Source: Methanobacteriota archaeon
Lineage (GTDB): Archaea; Thermoplasmatota; E2; DHVEG-1
Reading direction: 5' to 3'
DNA: 64,000 nt
NCBI GenBank assembly: GCA_963769885.1
Contig: CAVYNH010000004.1
Span: forward strand, 32,001-96,000
Shown: piece by piece, positions 10,849 through 20,929 of the stretch
Position numbering within the stretch: the first letter of the stretch is position 1
Layout: the number at the start of each line of letters is the position of its first letter
Program-made: the position numbers and the translations under genes
The notes under the pieces: model-generated
Seen by the model: only the letters and a program-made list of their open reading frames with translations
Told to the model about the DNA's origin: nothing
The model's database searches: none

Positions 10849-10857
10849 TTTATATTT
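10849..10857 (+). promoter_or_regulatory. Probable TATA box of ychF
   Basis: TTTATATTT about 30 bp upstream of ATG 10888. Confidence 0.5.
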
Positions 10858-10887
10858 GGTTTTGTTCTACCTAGATAATAGTAACGT

Positions 10888-12081
10888 ATGCAGCTTGGTA
10901 TTGTCGGGAAGCCGAACGTGGGGAAGTCGACGTTCTTCAACGCGGCGACGAAGGCGCATGCGGAGATCGCGAATTATCCGTTCACGACGATTGAGGCGAA
11001 CCGCGGGGTGATGTTCATCCGCAAGCCGTGCCCGTGCCGGGAGTTTCATGTGACGTGTACGCCGCATAACGCGCGGTGTATCGATGGGGTCCGGTTCGTG
11101 CCGATCGAGGCGTTGGACGTCGCAGGGCTGGTGCCGGACGCTCATAACGGCCGCGGTCTTGGGAATAAGTTCCTGGATGATCTGCGGCAGGCGCATGCAC
11201 TCATCCACATCGTGGACGCGTCCGGTAGTACCGATGCGGAGGGCAACCCGACAAACGTCGGTGCTCACGATCCGGCGGAGGATATCGCTTTCCTTGAGAA
11301 AGAGATTGATTACTGGTTGTTCGGGATCATCAAGAAGACGTGGGAGTTGAACGCGCGCAAGTCGGAGCTTGAGGGCAAGAAGATTGAGCAGATGCTTGGG
11401 GAGCAATTGACCGGGCTGGGGATCAAGGAGGAGCATGTGACCGCGGCGATCCGGAAGCTGAACCTGGACCGGGAGCGGCCGGCGTTGTGGAAGGACCAGG
11501 ATCTGTTTCGGTTCACGAGTTTTTTGCGGGTGTTCAGCAAGCCGATGATCATCGCGCTCAATAAGAGTGATATGGCGCCGGAGGCGCTGATGAAGAAGCT
11601 TCTCGCGATGCCGGGGTACACGATGATTCCGACGAGCGCGGAGAGCGAGCTTGCGCTGGGCAACGCGTTGGATAAGGGCATCATCGACTATGTGCCAGGG
11701 GCGGGGAGTTTCAAGGTCCTGCATCCTGAGACGCTGTCGGAGAAGCAGAAGGGGGCGCTGGAGTACATCCAGACGCATGTCCTTGGGAAGTACGGTTCGA
11801 CTGGTGTCCACCAATGTATCGATGAGGCGGTGCGGATGCTGGACCTTATCGTGGTCTACCCTGTGGCGGATGAGCATCATCTGACCGACAAGGAGGGTCG
11901 GGTGCTGCCGGATGCGTTCCTCGTGCCGAAGGGGACGACCGCGAAGGAGTTGGCGTTCAAGGTGCATACGGATCTGGGGAACCATTTCATCCGCGCGATC
12001 GATGCCCGGGCGCATCGCGTCATCGGCGCGGACCACCAGGTAAAAGACGGAGATATCATCAGCATCATCGCGGACATCTAA
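10888..12081 (+). CDS. ychF: YchF/Obg-family GTPase/ATPase with TGS domain
   Basis: GKPNVGKST, NYPFTT, DVAGL, NKSD and C-terminal TGS (VHTDL) motifs. Confidence 0.93.
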   Translation: MQLGIVGKPNVGKSTFFNAATKAHAEIANYPFTTIEANRGVMFIRKPCPCREFHVTCTPHNARCIDGVRFVPIEALDVAGLVPDAHNGRGLGNKFLDDLRQAHALIHIVDASGSTDAEGNPTNVGAHDPAEDIAFLEKEIDYWLFGIIKKTWELNARKSELEGKKIEQMLGEQLTGLGIKEEHVTAAIRKLNLDRERPALWKDQDLFRFTSFLRVFSKPMIIALNKSDMAPEALMKKLLAMPGYTMIPTSAESELALGNALDKGIIDYVPGAGSFKVLHPETLSEKQKGALEYIQTHVLGKYGSTGVHQCIDEAVRMLDLIVVYPVADEHHLTDKEGRVLPDAFLVPKGTTAKELAFKVHTDLGNHFIRAIDARAHRVIGADHQVKDGDIISIIADI

Positions 12082-12189
12082 CCCTCTTTTAGTTACATTT
12101 TTTCTAAAAAACGAACTAAATATTCCTTAAAAAGAGGTCCAATAATAATAAAAGACAGAACGATGATTACTTCATTGGAGGAACGCCGT

Positions 12190-12903
12190 ATGAAAAGAAA
12201 TTTCATACTTGGAGTAATCATATTTTCTGTTATTTTTGGTAACGTCTCAATTAGCAGGATAAGCTCGGCGCAGCCTCTTCAACCCCAAATTATCCTTGAC
12301 CCTCCAGCGCCGAATGGAGAACATGGATGGTATGTAACCCCAGTGAACATCAGTTGTATAACTGAAAATTGGACCGTCATATATCGCTTAGACAATAGTT
12401 CATGGCAGACTTACCAGTCCACGATCTGTGTCAATACCGATGGCCATCATAATTTCAGTTATTATGCCATTGATCCTCAAGGAAACGTCACACCTACTAA
12501 ATACATCGTATTCAAAATAGACCAGACCCCACCCTACCGGTTCGGAGACAATACGAGCGGGATTAACCGAGTCGAATATTACCTGCAAGGCGCATTGCAA
12601 TTTACAGCTACAGAACCACCGTACGAATGGACGCTTTCCCCCCTCCCCCCCGGTAATATTACGATTGGAATCCGCATCTATGATAATGCTGGCAACAACA
12701 TCTCAATCTTCCAGAGAACCCAACACGTGTTCGGCTTTATCATCAAAAAAGGAGGATGCCACTGCTGTCCCGACTGCTTCGCTATTGCATTGAAAATCGG
12801 GTCAGAATGGCATTTCCTCGAACCAGTCAACTTATCCGGCGGACACTCCGGTTATTACGGCAAATTTTTTGTCTGTGGCTGGTTCTTGTTCACGCTCACT
12901 TAA
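12190..12903 (+). CDS. Secreted Ig-like (OmpL47/chitobiase-type beta-sandwich) protein
   Basis: GGAGG RBS before ATG 12190, signal peptide, PNGEHGWY...YYAIDPQGN...KIDQTPP; lower GC than neighbours. Confidence 0.65.
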   Translation: MKRNFILGVIIFSVIFGNVSISRISSAQPLQPQIILDPPAPNGEHGWYVTPVNISCITENWTVIYRLDNSSWQTYQSTICVNTDGHHNFSYYAIDPQGNVTPTKYIVFKIDQTPPYRFGDNTSGINRVEYYLQGALQFTATEPPYEWTLSPLPPGNITIGIRIYDNAGNNISIFQRTQHVFGFIIKKGGCHCCPDCFAIALKIGSEWHFLEPVNLSGGHSGYYGKFFVCGWFLFTLT

Positions 12904-12938
12904 GGGCTTCCTTCCAGAGAAAAAAAATGGATAGGTGT

Positions 12939-12972
12939 GTAGTTGCACATCAGGCTGCCTGGTAGTTGCACA
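12939..12972 (+). repeat. 11-bp direct repeat GTAGTTGCACA, two copies (putative operator)
   Basis: Copies at 12939-12949 and 12962-12972, just upstream of TTTTAAATA at about 12991. Confidence 0.6.
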
Positions 12973-13072
12973 CCCAGCTACGAAACAAGCTTTTAAATAA
13001 CGGTGAGGATGGGAGGCTTGGGATCACTCAACAAATCATCGTCTAATCGATTGCCGCTAGGAGGAGAGACGC

Positions 13073-13534
13073 ATGATTGCCAACAAAAGGATTAGCACGA
13101 AGACGCTATCGAAAAACTTCAAGTCCACGAAGGCGCCCGTGCAGTTCCTCGCCCTTGGACACCCCAAAGGGAACCGCCCGGAGCCGAGCCGAAAAATCCC
13201 GTGTCAACAACCCATGGTGTGCGCTATGGACGAGGACCCGCCGCGGCCACGGAAGCACCGCCTGCCGGTCTCGATCAGGCCGTCCGTGACGGTCCGCTTC
13301 ACATTCAAATCGCTGCGCTGGATCATCGTTGTGCTGTTCCTCTACCTGGTCATTGGAACGGTGATGATGGTCGAGGACGGGACGGACTCCATGAAGACCA
13401 TCATCATCTACAGCGTCATGGGCTTCGCGACGTTCTTCATGGGCTACTTCGGCTGGATCGTCGCCCGGGACGTCCTTGAGCAGATAAGCCGGCATCGCCA
13501 AGCCCAGGATGATGCCACCCCTGAGGCACAATAG
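13073..13534 (+). CDS. Hypothetical 2-TM membrane protein (true start may be downstream)
   Basis: GGAGG RBS upstream; two hydrophobic helices; T-rich tract downstream. Confidence 0.6.
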   Translation: MIANKRISTKTLSKNFKSTKAPVQFLALGHPKGNRPEPSRKIPCQQPMVCAMDEDPPRPRKHRLPVSIRPSVTVRFTFKSLRWIIVVLFLYLVIGTVMMVEDGTDSMKTIIIYSVMGFATFFMGYFGWIVARDVLEQISRHRQAQDDATPEAQ

Positions 13535-13593
13535 CTGCCTCACCCCCTATCTTTTTTTACCTCTGTTTTGTTCTGACCTTTGAGTGATACCTA

Positions 13594-14424
13594 GTGATTA
13601 TCTTTGAGAATCATCTGCATCTCCGCCGCGACGGCCACTACATTGAGGCAGTCAAAAAGTTCGCCAAGGCCGGCGGAACGCACCTCGTCCTCACCCAATA
13701 TCCCATGCCGGAGCGGGTCCTGATTGAGAAAAGCTATGTACCACTTTATACAGACACGCTACGGATGGCTGAGGAGATCATGGCCGCGGTGCCCGTAACG
13801 GTGTTCACAGTCGTGGGGCCGTACCCCGTTGACTACCTCGCCTTCCGGGACGTCATCGGCCGTGACCAGGCTATTCTGCTCATGAAGAAAGGGATGGATG
13901 AGGCCGCAGGGCTCTGTTGGGAGCATCGCTGCATCGCAATCGGGGAAATCGGCAGGCCGCACTTCCCCGTCGCAACGGAGATTATCCGGGATTCTAATGA
14001 AATCCTGCAGTATGGGATGCGGTGTGCGGCTGAGGTTGGCGTCCCAGTGGTGTTGCACACGGAATCGACGACGCCGGCCCACTGCAAGGAATTTGTTGAC
14101 CTGGGTCGCGCTGTCGGCCTGCGAGCTGATGCGATCGTGAAGCATTTCTCCCCGCCGTTGATCACCAGCGTGGAGAACTTCGGGTTGATGCCCTCCGTGC
14201 TTTCAAGTAAAAAGAATATTGTGACGGCGTTGACAAAAGGCTCCCGGTTCCTCATGGAGACGGATTACATCGATGATCTGAAGCGACCCGGGGTGGTCCT
14301 GGGCCCGGCGACGGTGCCGACGCTGACCAAGACACTGCTTGCGCGCGGGGTCATGACGGAGGCGCAGGCGGAGACGATTCACCGGACGAACCCGGAAAAG
14401 ACGTACCATCTCACGCTTGAGTAA
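13594..14424 (+). CDS. TatD-family metal-dependent hydrolase
   Basis: ENHLH, IGEIGRPH, VLHTE, VKHF and METD motifs. Confidence 0.88.
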   Translation: MIIFENHLHLRRDGHYIEAVKKFAKAGGTHLVLTQYPMPERVLIEKSYVPLYTDTLRMAEEIMAAVPVTVFTVVGPYPVDYLAFRDVIGRDQAILLMKKGMDEAAGLCWEHRCIAIGEIGRPHFPVATEIIRDSNEILQYGMRCAAEVGVPVVLHTESTTPAHCKEFVDLGRAVGLRADAIVKHFSPPLITSVENFGLMPSVLSSKKNIVTALTKGSRFLMETDYIDDLKRPGVVLGPATVPTLTKTLLARGVMTEAQAETIHRTNPEKTYHLTLE

Positions 14425-14472
14425 ATTGCTCTATCCAAATCTTTATCTAAAATAAGTAAGGTACACGGTGGC

Positions 14473-15033
14473 ATGGCGTTCATCCGGACTTTCATTGCGG
14501 TGGACATCGCGTCGACGCCGGCGATGCTGGAGTTTTCGGAGGCGATCAAGAAGACCGGGGCGGACGTGAAGCTCGTCGAGCCGCAGAACATCCACATCAC
14601 GCTGAAGTTCCTCGGCGACACCGATGAGCAGCTCCTCCCAGATATCGAGGAGGTCATCCGGGACTCGGTCGTCGGCGTCCAGCCGTTCTCTGTCAGTCTG
14701 CAAGGGACCGGCGTGTTCCCGAACCGCAACTACCTCAAGGTCATCTGGGTCGGTTTGATTGCGGGTGAGCAGATGGAGACGATCGGAGGCAGGATCGAGG
14801 AGGGTTGCGCCGGGCTCGGGTTTATGAAGGAGCGACGGGCGTTCTCCCCGCATCTCACGGTCGGGCGGGTGCGGACCGCGCGCAACAAGCAGCAGCTCCT
14901 CGACGTCATCGACAAATACAAAGAGACGATGTTCGCGACGGAGGAGGTCCGTGCGGTGGCGTTGAAGCGCAGTGTCCTATCGCCGAGCGGACCGACCTAT
15001 ACAACCTTGATCTCGGTTCCCCTGGAAGGCTGA
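14473..15033 (+). CDS. thpR: RNA 2',3'-cyclic phosphodiesterase (2'-5' RNA ligase family)
   Basis: RTFIA, HITLKFLG and PHLTVGR (two HxT motifs). Confidence 0.93.
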   Translation: MAFIRTFIAVDIASTPAMLEFSEAIKKTGADVKLVEPQNIHITLKFLGDTDEQLLPDIEEVIRDSVVGVQPFSVSLQGTGVFPNRNYLKVIWVGLIAGEQMETIGGRIEEGCAGLGFMKERRAFSPHLTVGRVRTARNKQQLLDVIDKYKETMFATEEVRAVALKRSVLSPSGPTYTTLISVPLEG

Positions 15034-15037
15034 GGCC

Positions 15038-15838
15038 GTGGTCGAAGCCTGGATGGTCACCCTTGGAGTACTGAACTTTGTCCTCTTGCTCATCGGCTTG
15101 TTCGTAATCCTGCCGTGGAAATGGTGGTCCGAGGTCCGCGGTTTTTCCCATGATATCCTCATTGTTCATCTGCCCTTGCTGTGCCTGATTGTCGCTGTGG
15201 TCATTGTGCAATTAATCGAGGTGAACTACCTTGACAGCCTCGCGACCGCGCTCGTTGGCCGGGATTTCACACCGGTGTTCCAGTCGATCGAGGATGGGGC
15301 GGTGCGCTGGCTGGTGCAGCACTGGTATCCGCCGCTGGTCACCGTCTGCGTTTACATATATATAGGTATATATCCTTTCACGCTGTGGTTCACCCCGTTG
15401 TTCTTCGTGCTGACCAACAACCAGCGGGCGCTGAAGACCTTCGCCGTCGGCCTCCTCTTTATCTTCGCCGTCGCCCTCCCCTTCTACCTCTTCTTTCCCA
15501 TCACCAACGTCTACACCTACTTCCACGAACCCTTCGCACTCGACTCCGTGATTCCCTCGGTCGGGCATTTCTTCTACACGACGACCACGACGAACAACTG
15601 CTTCCCCAGCCTGCACGTCGCCATGGCGCTGCTCATCTTCCTTTGCGTCACCATCACCAAGAACCGCCGGTACATCGCCCTGACCGCCGTCTCCGCCGGC
15701 GGCGTCATCTTCTCCGTCCTGTACCTTGGCATCCACTGGATCACGGACGTCATCGGCGGGACGATTCTTGTACTCCTCGTCTTCTATCTTGTGACCCGAT
15801 TCATCCGAGGCCCCCATGAACGACAACTCCGAGATTGA
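15038..15838 (+). CDS. PAP2-superfamily (IPC synthase-like) membrane protein
   Basis: NCFPSLH and SVLYLGIHWITDVIGG motifs; multiple TM helices. Confidence 0.85.
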   Translation: MVEAWMVTLGVLNFVLLLIGLFVILPWKWWSEVRGFSHDILIVHLPLLCLIVAVVIVQLIEVNYLDSLATALVGRDFTPVFQSIEDGAVRWLVQHWYPPLVTVCVYIYIGIYPFTLWFTPLFFVLTNNQRALKTFAVGLLFIFAVALPFYLFFPITNVYTYFHEPFALDSVIPSVGHFFYTTTTTNNCFPSLHVAMALLIFLCVTITKNRRYIALTAVSAGGVIFSVLYLGIHWITDVIGGTILVLLVFYLVTRFIRGPHERQLRD

Positions 15839-17177
15839 AAAAAAGATCCTGAAACAAATCACGCCGACTCCTACGGAAAAAAAGAAGGTCGCCAAGACCA
15901 TCCAGGACCTCACCGCCAGGGTCAACAAGGAGATTGCCAAGGCAGGCCTGCCCATCACCCCCACCCTCGTCGGCTCCACCGCCAAGGATACCTTCCTGCG
16001 AAACACCCTGGACATCGACCTCTTCCTCCTCTTCCCGCCGGCCACCCCGCGCGAGACGTTGGCCTCGGCCGGCCTGTCCATCGGCCGCGCCATCCTCAAA
16101 GACCAGGAGGAATGCTTCGCCGAACACCCGTACCTCCGCGGCACGTTCCAAGGCTACAAGACCGAGCTCGTCCCCGCGTACAAGATCACCGCCGCCACCC
16201 AGAGACTCTCCGCCGTCGACCGCACCCCCCTGCACACCCAGTACGTCACTACGCACCTCCGTGATGACCAGAAGGACGACGTCAGGCTCTTCAAACGGTT
16301 CCTCAAAGGCATCGGCTGCTACGGCGCCGAAGCCGAGGTCGAAGGCTTCAGCGGCTACCTCTGCGAAATCCTCATTCTCCACTACCACAGCTTCCACGCC
16401 CTCCTCACCGCCGCCAAAGACTGGAAACCCGGCCTCGTCCTCACCCTCACCCCACAGACCCCGCCGCCGCCCTTCCCCGGCAGCCCCTTCGTCTTCATCG
16501 ACCCCGTCGACCCCAGCCGCAACGTCGCCAGCGCCCTCTCAGAGGACACCTTCGACCGTTTCACCACCGCCTGCCACGCCTACCTCAAAAAACCCTCCAC
16601 CACCTTCTACTTCCCCAACCCCCTCAGCTTCTGGCCGCTGGACAAAATCACCGAGGAACTCGAAGACCGTAAGATCATCGGCATCCAAATCAAGAAACCA
16701 AACATCATCCCGGAGAACCTCTACCCGCAGGTCCGCAAGACCCTCCGCGCCATCCGCGAACTCTGCGACGCCTACGGCTATATGATCACCGAAGCCCACT
16801 ACATGGTCCTCGAAGACACCATCTACTTCGTCTTCCAGGCGACGACCCTGACCCTCCCGGCGACCGAGACCCACATGGGCCCCCCCGCGAACCTCCAGGA
16901 CCACGCCAAGGAATTCAAAGACAAATGGGACGCGAACCCCCGGACCGTCACCCCACCGTACCTCAAAGATGGCCGCTGGTACGTCGAAATCACCCGCGAC
17001 TACCCCACCCTCCGAGATCTCCTCACCGCCACCGTCACCAGCCTCAGCCTCGGCAAAGACATCGCAGACACCATGAAAACAAAATTCACCATTAAGGAAA
17101 AACCAGACCTCATCACCCCGAAGCTTCAAGGATTCTGGACCCAAGTCCTCGACACCAAGATGCCATGGGAATGGTAA
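15816..17177 (+). CDS. cca: Archaeal class I CCA-adding enzyme
   Basis: VGSTAKDT..DIDLF, FAEHPY, SAVDRTPLH, GFSGYLCE and DPVDPSRNVA motifs. Confidence 0.96.
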   Translation: MNDNSEIEKKILKQITPTPTEKKKVAKTIQDLTARVNKEIAKAGLPITPTLVGSTAKDTFLRNTLDIDLFLLFPPATPRETLASAGLSIGRAILKDQEECFAEHPYLRGTFQGYKTELVPAYKITAATQRLSAVDRTPLHTQYVTTHLRDDQKDDVRLFKRFLKGIGCYGAEAEVEGFSGYLCEILILHYHSFHALLTAAKDWKPGLVLTLTPQTPPPPFPGSPFVFIDPVDPSRNVASALSEDTFDRFTTACHAYLKKPSTTFYFPNPLSFWPLDKITEELEDRKIIGIQIKKPNIIPENLYPQVRKTLRAIRELCDAYGYMITEAHYMVLEDTIYFVFQATTLTLPATETHMGPPANLQDHAKEFKDKWDANPRTVTPPYLKDGRWYVEITRDYPTLRDLLTATVTSLSLGKDIADTMKTKFTIKEKPDLITPKLQGFWTQVLDTKMPWEW

Positions 17178-17288
17178 GAAACAACCAGCATCCCCCCTCC
17201 TCCGATTCTCACCAATCCAAGCACATATAGATACGTTTTTATGACTTAACCGGATATGCGTATCCACGTACGTATGCACCAGGATGGG

Positions 17289-20200
17289 ATGAAACGAACC
17301 TACCAGATAGTTGTACTCAGTATTCTCCTCCTCGCACAATGTACCGCCCTCCTTTTCACGCCAAACACCCGCGCGGAGCCCACCACCCTCTACGTCGGCC
17401 AAGGCGAACTCTACACCACCATCCAGGCAGCACTGGACAACGCCTCTGACGGCTACCGCATCTTCGTCTACAACGGCACCTACCACGAACACCTCACCAT
17501 CACCAAACGCATCGACCTCTTCGGCGAAGACAACACCATCACCATCATCAACGGCAGCCACACCGGCACCCTCATCACCATCACCTCCCCTTCCGTCAAC
17601 ATCAGCCACTTCACCCTCACCACCGCCGGCACCAACACCACCGACAGCCTCATCGACATCCAAGCCGCCCACTGCATCATCACCGACAACATCCTCACCA
17701 CCGCAAACACCGGCATCCACCTCAACCACACCGGCGGCCACCTCATCTACGACAACACCATCACAGACCTCACCGGCGACGGCCTCCTCCTCAACGCCTC
17801 CAACACCAACACCAACATCAGCTACAACACCATCACCGACTGCCGCAACGCCATCCTCGCCACCAACTCAGACCACAACCCCTACTACCACAACACCCTC
17901 ACCCACAACACCCACAACGGCATCTTCCTCAACCACAGCCTCACCAGCAACACCATCCACCAAAACAACCTCAGCGACAACAACCACAACGGCATCTACC
18001 TCAACGACTACACCAACTACACCACCATCACCGACAACACCATCACCCACAACCACGACACCGGCATCGCCCTCGAAAACTGCAGCCAAACCACCATCAC
18101 CGACAACACCATCACCACCAACACCAACTACGGCCTCAAAATCATCGGCGCCCACACCACCATCACCACCAACACCATTACCGACAACCAAAAAGACGGC
18201 ATCTACCTCAGCGCCGACAACAACAACACCATCAACCAAAACACCATCACCGGCAACCACAACGCCGGCCTCAGACTCTATAACTCCACCGCCGACTGGA
18301 TCACCACCAACACCATCCACCACAACCAATACGGCATCTACCTCGACTTCTTCACCACCCACAACCTCATCTACAACAACGACCTCCACCAAAACACCAT
18401 CAACGCCCAAGACAAAAGCCTCCAACAAAACCACTGGAACACCACCCCCCTCACCGGCACCAACATCATCGGCGGCCCCACCCTCAGCGGCAACTACTAC
18501 GACACCTACGCCAACACCAGCCAAGGCGCCACCGACGCCAACCACGACGGCCTCGCCGACACCCCCTACACAATCTACGCCGACAACAAAGACGACGGCC
18601 CCCTCCTCGACACCATCCCCCCCACCCTCACCACCCCCCACATCACCCCCACCACCCAAACCCTCGGCGGCACCACCACCATCACCGTCACCACCACCGA
18701 CAACACAAAAATCACCAGCGTCACCCTCACCATCAAAACACCCACCAACACCCACCTCACCATCCCCATCACCCAAAACAAGACCGGCACCACCTACACC
18801 TGCACCCGCCGCTACCTCACCGTCGGCAACTACACCGCCAACATCACCGCCACCGACCCCCGCAACACCCAAACCTCCACCACCGCCACCTTCGCCATCG
18901 CCCCCGGCACCCCACCCACCATCAAAGACACCAGCCCCAAAAACACCACCCCCCACACTCTCTACCACTTCACCGTTAACGTCACCAGCCCCAACGCCGG
19001 CCCCGCCAACCTCACCGTCTACGCCAACTGGACCCACCACACCAAACATGCCAACACCACCCTCGCCCGCACGTCCGGCAACACCTTCACCGCCAACATC
19101 CTCCTCGACAAAAGCACCCGCAACCTCACCTACCGCCTCTACGCCCGCGACACCTGGGGCAACGCCAACCTCAGTAAAACCGCCACCGTCCGCGTCATCG
19201 ATACCCAAAAACCCCATATCCTCGTCACCAGCTACGGCCCCAGCTTCGCCATTCTCCCCGGCAGCTTCACCTTCCGCGCCCTCATCACCGACGACTCCAC
19301 CATCACCAACGCCACCATCGAATACTGGACCACCGACCAGCCCCACCGCACCGTCGCCATGGACCACCCCACCACGACCACCTACGAGAAAATCATCATC
19401 CCCGAGATAACCCCTAACCGCGTCTACTGCATCATCAACGCCACCGACGAAGCCGGCAATTACAACACCACCAAAAACCCTACCGCCAAACCCGACGGAC
19501 CCTACCGCGCCCTGGTCAATCAGCCGGTCTTGTTCAACGGCTCGCAAAGCTACGACCTCGATGGCAACATCACCACCTACAACTGGTCATTCGGCGACGG
19601 CACCACCGCGAACGGCTCCACTCTCAACCACACCTACTACGCCAACGGCACCTATACCCTCACCCTCACGGTCACCGACAACGACGGCAGGAACGGCACC
19701 AACACCACCAAGGTCGAGATCGGCACCTTCTCCGTCCACTTCATCCCCCTGCGAATCCTCACCACCCTCAACAGCCGCTACAGCCTCAGTCTCACCAGCC
19801 CCTTCTACTGCTACGATGCGAACGAAGACGGCCGCGTGGACTCATTCTACGACCCCAACAACCGACTCTACGCCGTCCACAACACTTCCGTCAACCTCAG
19901 CGGCACCGAACACTTCACCATTTCCCTAGAAGAGGACGACATCCCCGAGTTTCTCTGGAACACCAAGGATGATACCATTGAACCAATCACACATACACAA
20001 GGGACCGTTGCTGATTCCGCGGTGAACGAGGATCTGCAACAGGCGGTCCTCACCATCCATGCGGAGAAAGCCTCCTGGATCTATGTGGATGTCGCCGATC
20101 CGTATCCAACGGCGTCTCTCTCGATTACAACGGGAACACGCACGATCCCGTCCACATTGATCTGGCGGGAAGATAACCATATTCACCTATTGGATGATCC

Positions 20201-20927
20201 AGAGACATCGTACATCTTCACCTTCAATGATATCTATCCGCCTCTGGAAGCAACCTTCTCACCCCCGGAAGGCGGGATCATCGGTGAGTACTCCACGACC
20301 ATCTCCGTATCCTTCAACGCCCCCGTGATTATCCTCATGGCGACCTTCGGCGATGCAGATATCAAAAACTCTCTAGTATCCTCCGATGGAATCCATTTTG
20401 GGTACACACCGCCTTCGTACCTCGCCAACGGGACGTACTCCTTGCTTATTGACGTCCAGGCCCTCCATGGCACCCATTTCCTTTCCGCGGAGTCGGCCTA
20501 TATCTTCTTCACGTATGGAACCGTCCCGAAGAAAAGCCTGCTGGAACAAATCTGGCCGATACTCGTCCTTGGACTGATCGTCGGTGGCATCGGGAGTAGC
20601 CTCTTGGTGCTCCGAGTTAAACGGGTAACGCTTGATGGGTCGGTGTACATCCGGTCAAAGCGACTGCTGCCTTTCTTCAAGACTGTAGTCGTCGGTCCCG
20701 TCTCGGTGCACATCGATGATGCACGGCTACAGAAGGCTGAGTTCTACGTAGACGGGGCGTTGAAGCAAACCGCGACGACGTTTCCCTATACATGGCAGTG
20801 GAAGGAGAAGGCGCTGTTCAAGCACACCTTGGAGACACGGGTCTATAACGGGGAGGGCAACAGCGTCTCGACCGGGCCGGTGGATGTGTTCCTGTTCAAT
20901 CCTTATAGGGCCAGGGGAAAAGAGTAG
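17289..20927 (+). CDS. Cell-surface protein: NosD/CASH beta-helix, Ig-like and PKD domains, TM helix and terminal Ig-like domain
   Basis: Signal peptide, YTTIQAALDNA, N-x-I beta-helix repeats, GNYYD...DGLADTPY, WSFGDG PKD, TM about 120 aa from the C-terminus. Confidence 0.85.
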   Translation: MKRTYQIVVLSILLLAQCTALLFTPNTRAEPTTLYVGQGELYTTIQAALDNASDGYRIFVYNGTYHEHLTITKRIDLFGEDNTITIINGSHTGTLITITSPSVNISHFTLTTAGTNTTDSLIDIQAAHCIITDNILTTANTGIHLNHTGGHLIYDNTITDLTGDGLLLNASNTNTNISYNTITDCRNAILATNSDHNPYYHNTLTHNTHNGIFLNHSLTSNTIHQNNLSDNNHNGIYLNDYTNYTTITDNTITHNHDTGIALENCSQTTITDNTITTNTNYGLKIIGAHTTITTNTITDNQKDGIYLSADNNNTINQNTITGNHNAGLRLYNSTADWITTNTIHHNQYGIYLDFFTTHNLIYNNDLHQNTINAQDKSLQQNHWNTTPLTGTNIIGGPTLSGNYYDTYANTSQGATDANHDGLADTPYTIYADNKDDGPLLDTIPPTLTTPHITPTTQTLGGTTTITVTTTDNTKITSVTLTIKTPTNTHLTIPITQNKTGTTYTCTRRYLTVGNYTANITATDPRNTQTSTTATFAIAPGTPPTIKDTSPKNTTPHTLYHFTVNVTSPNAGPANLTVYANWTHHTKHANTTLARTSGNTFTANILLDKSTRNLTYRLYARDTWGNANLSKTATVRVIDTQKPHILVTSYGPSFAILPGSFTFRALITDDSTITNATIEYWTTDQPHRTVAMDHPTTTTYEKIIIPEITPNRVYCIINATDEAGNYNTTKNPTAKPDGPYRALVNQPVLFNGSQSYDLDGNITTYNWSFGDGTTANGSTLNHTYYANGTYTLTLTVTDNDGRNGTNTTKVEIGTFSVHFIPLRILTTLNSRYSLSLTSPFYCYDANEDGRVDSFYDPNNRLYAVHNTSVNLSGTEHFTISLEEDDIPEFLWNTKDDTIEPITHTQGTVADSAVNEDLQQAVLTIHAEKASWIYVDVADPYPTASLSITTGTRTIPSTLIWREDNHIHLLDDPETSYIFTFNDIYPPLEATFSPPEGGIIGEYSTTISVSFNAPVIILMATFGDADIKNSLVSSDGIHFGYTPPSYLANGTYSLLIDVQALHGTHFLSAESAYIFFTYGTVPKKSLLEQIWPILVLGLIVGGIGSSLLVLRVKRVTLDGSVYIRSKRLLPFFKTVVVGPVSVHIDDARLQKAEFYVDGALKQTATTFPYTWQWKEKALFKHTLETRVYNGEGNSVSTGPVDVFLFNPYRARGKE

Positions 20928-20929
20928 GC

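Noticed and set aside
17311-19547. Very long alternative-frame ORFs (699 aa Pro/Thr/Ser-rich; 559 aa Gly/Val-rich antisense), likewise 4041..4991, 21793..23214 and 23269..24285
   Set aside because: Shadow ORFs: the extreme A+C/G+T bias removes stop codons from other frames, and they have low complexity and no motifs.
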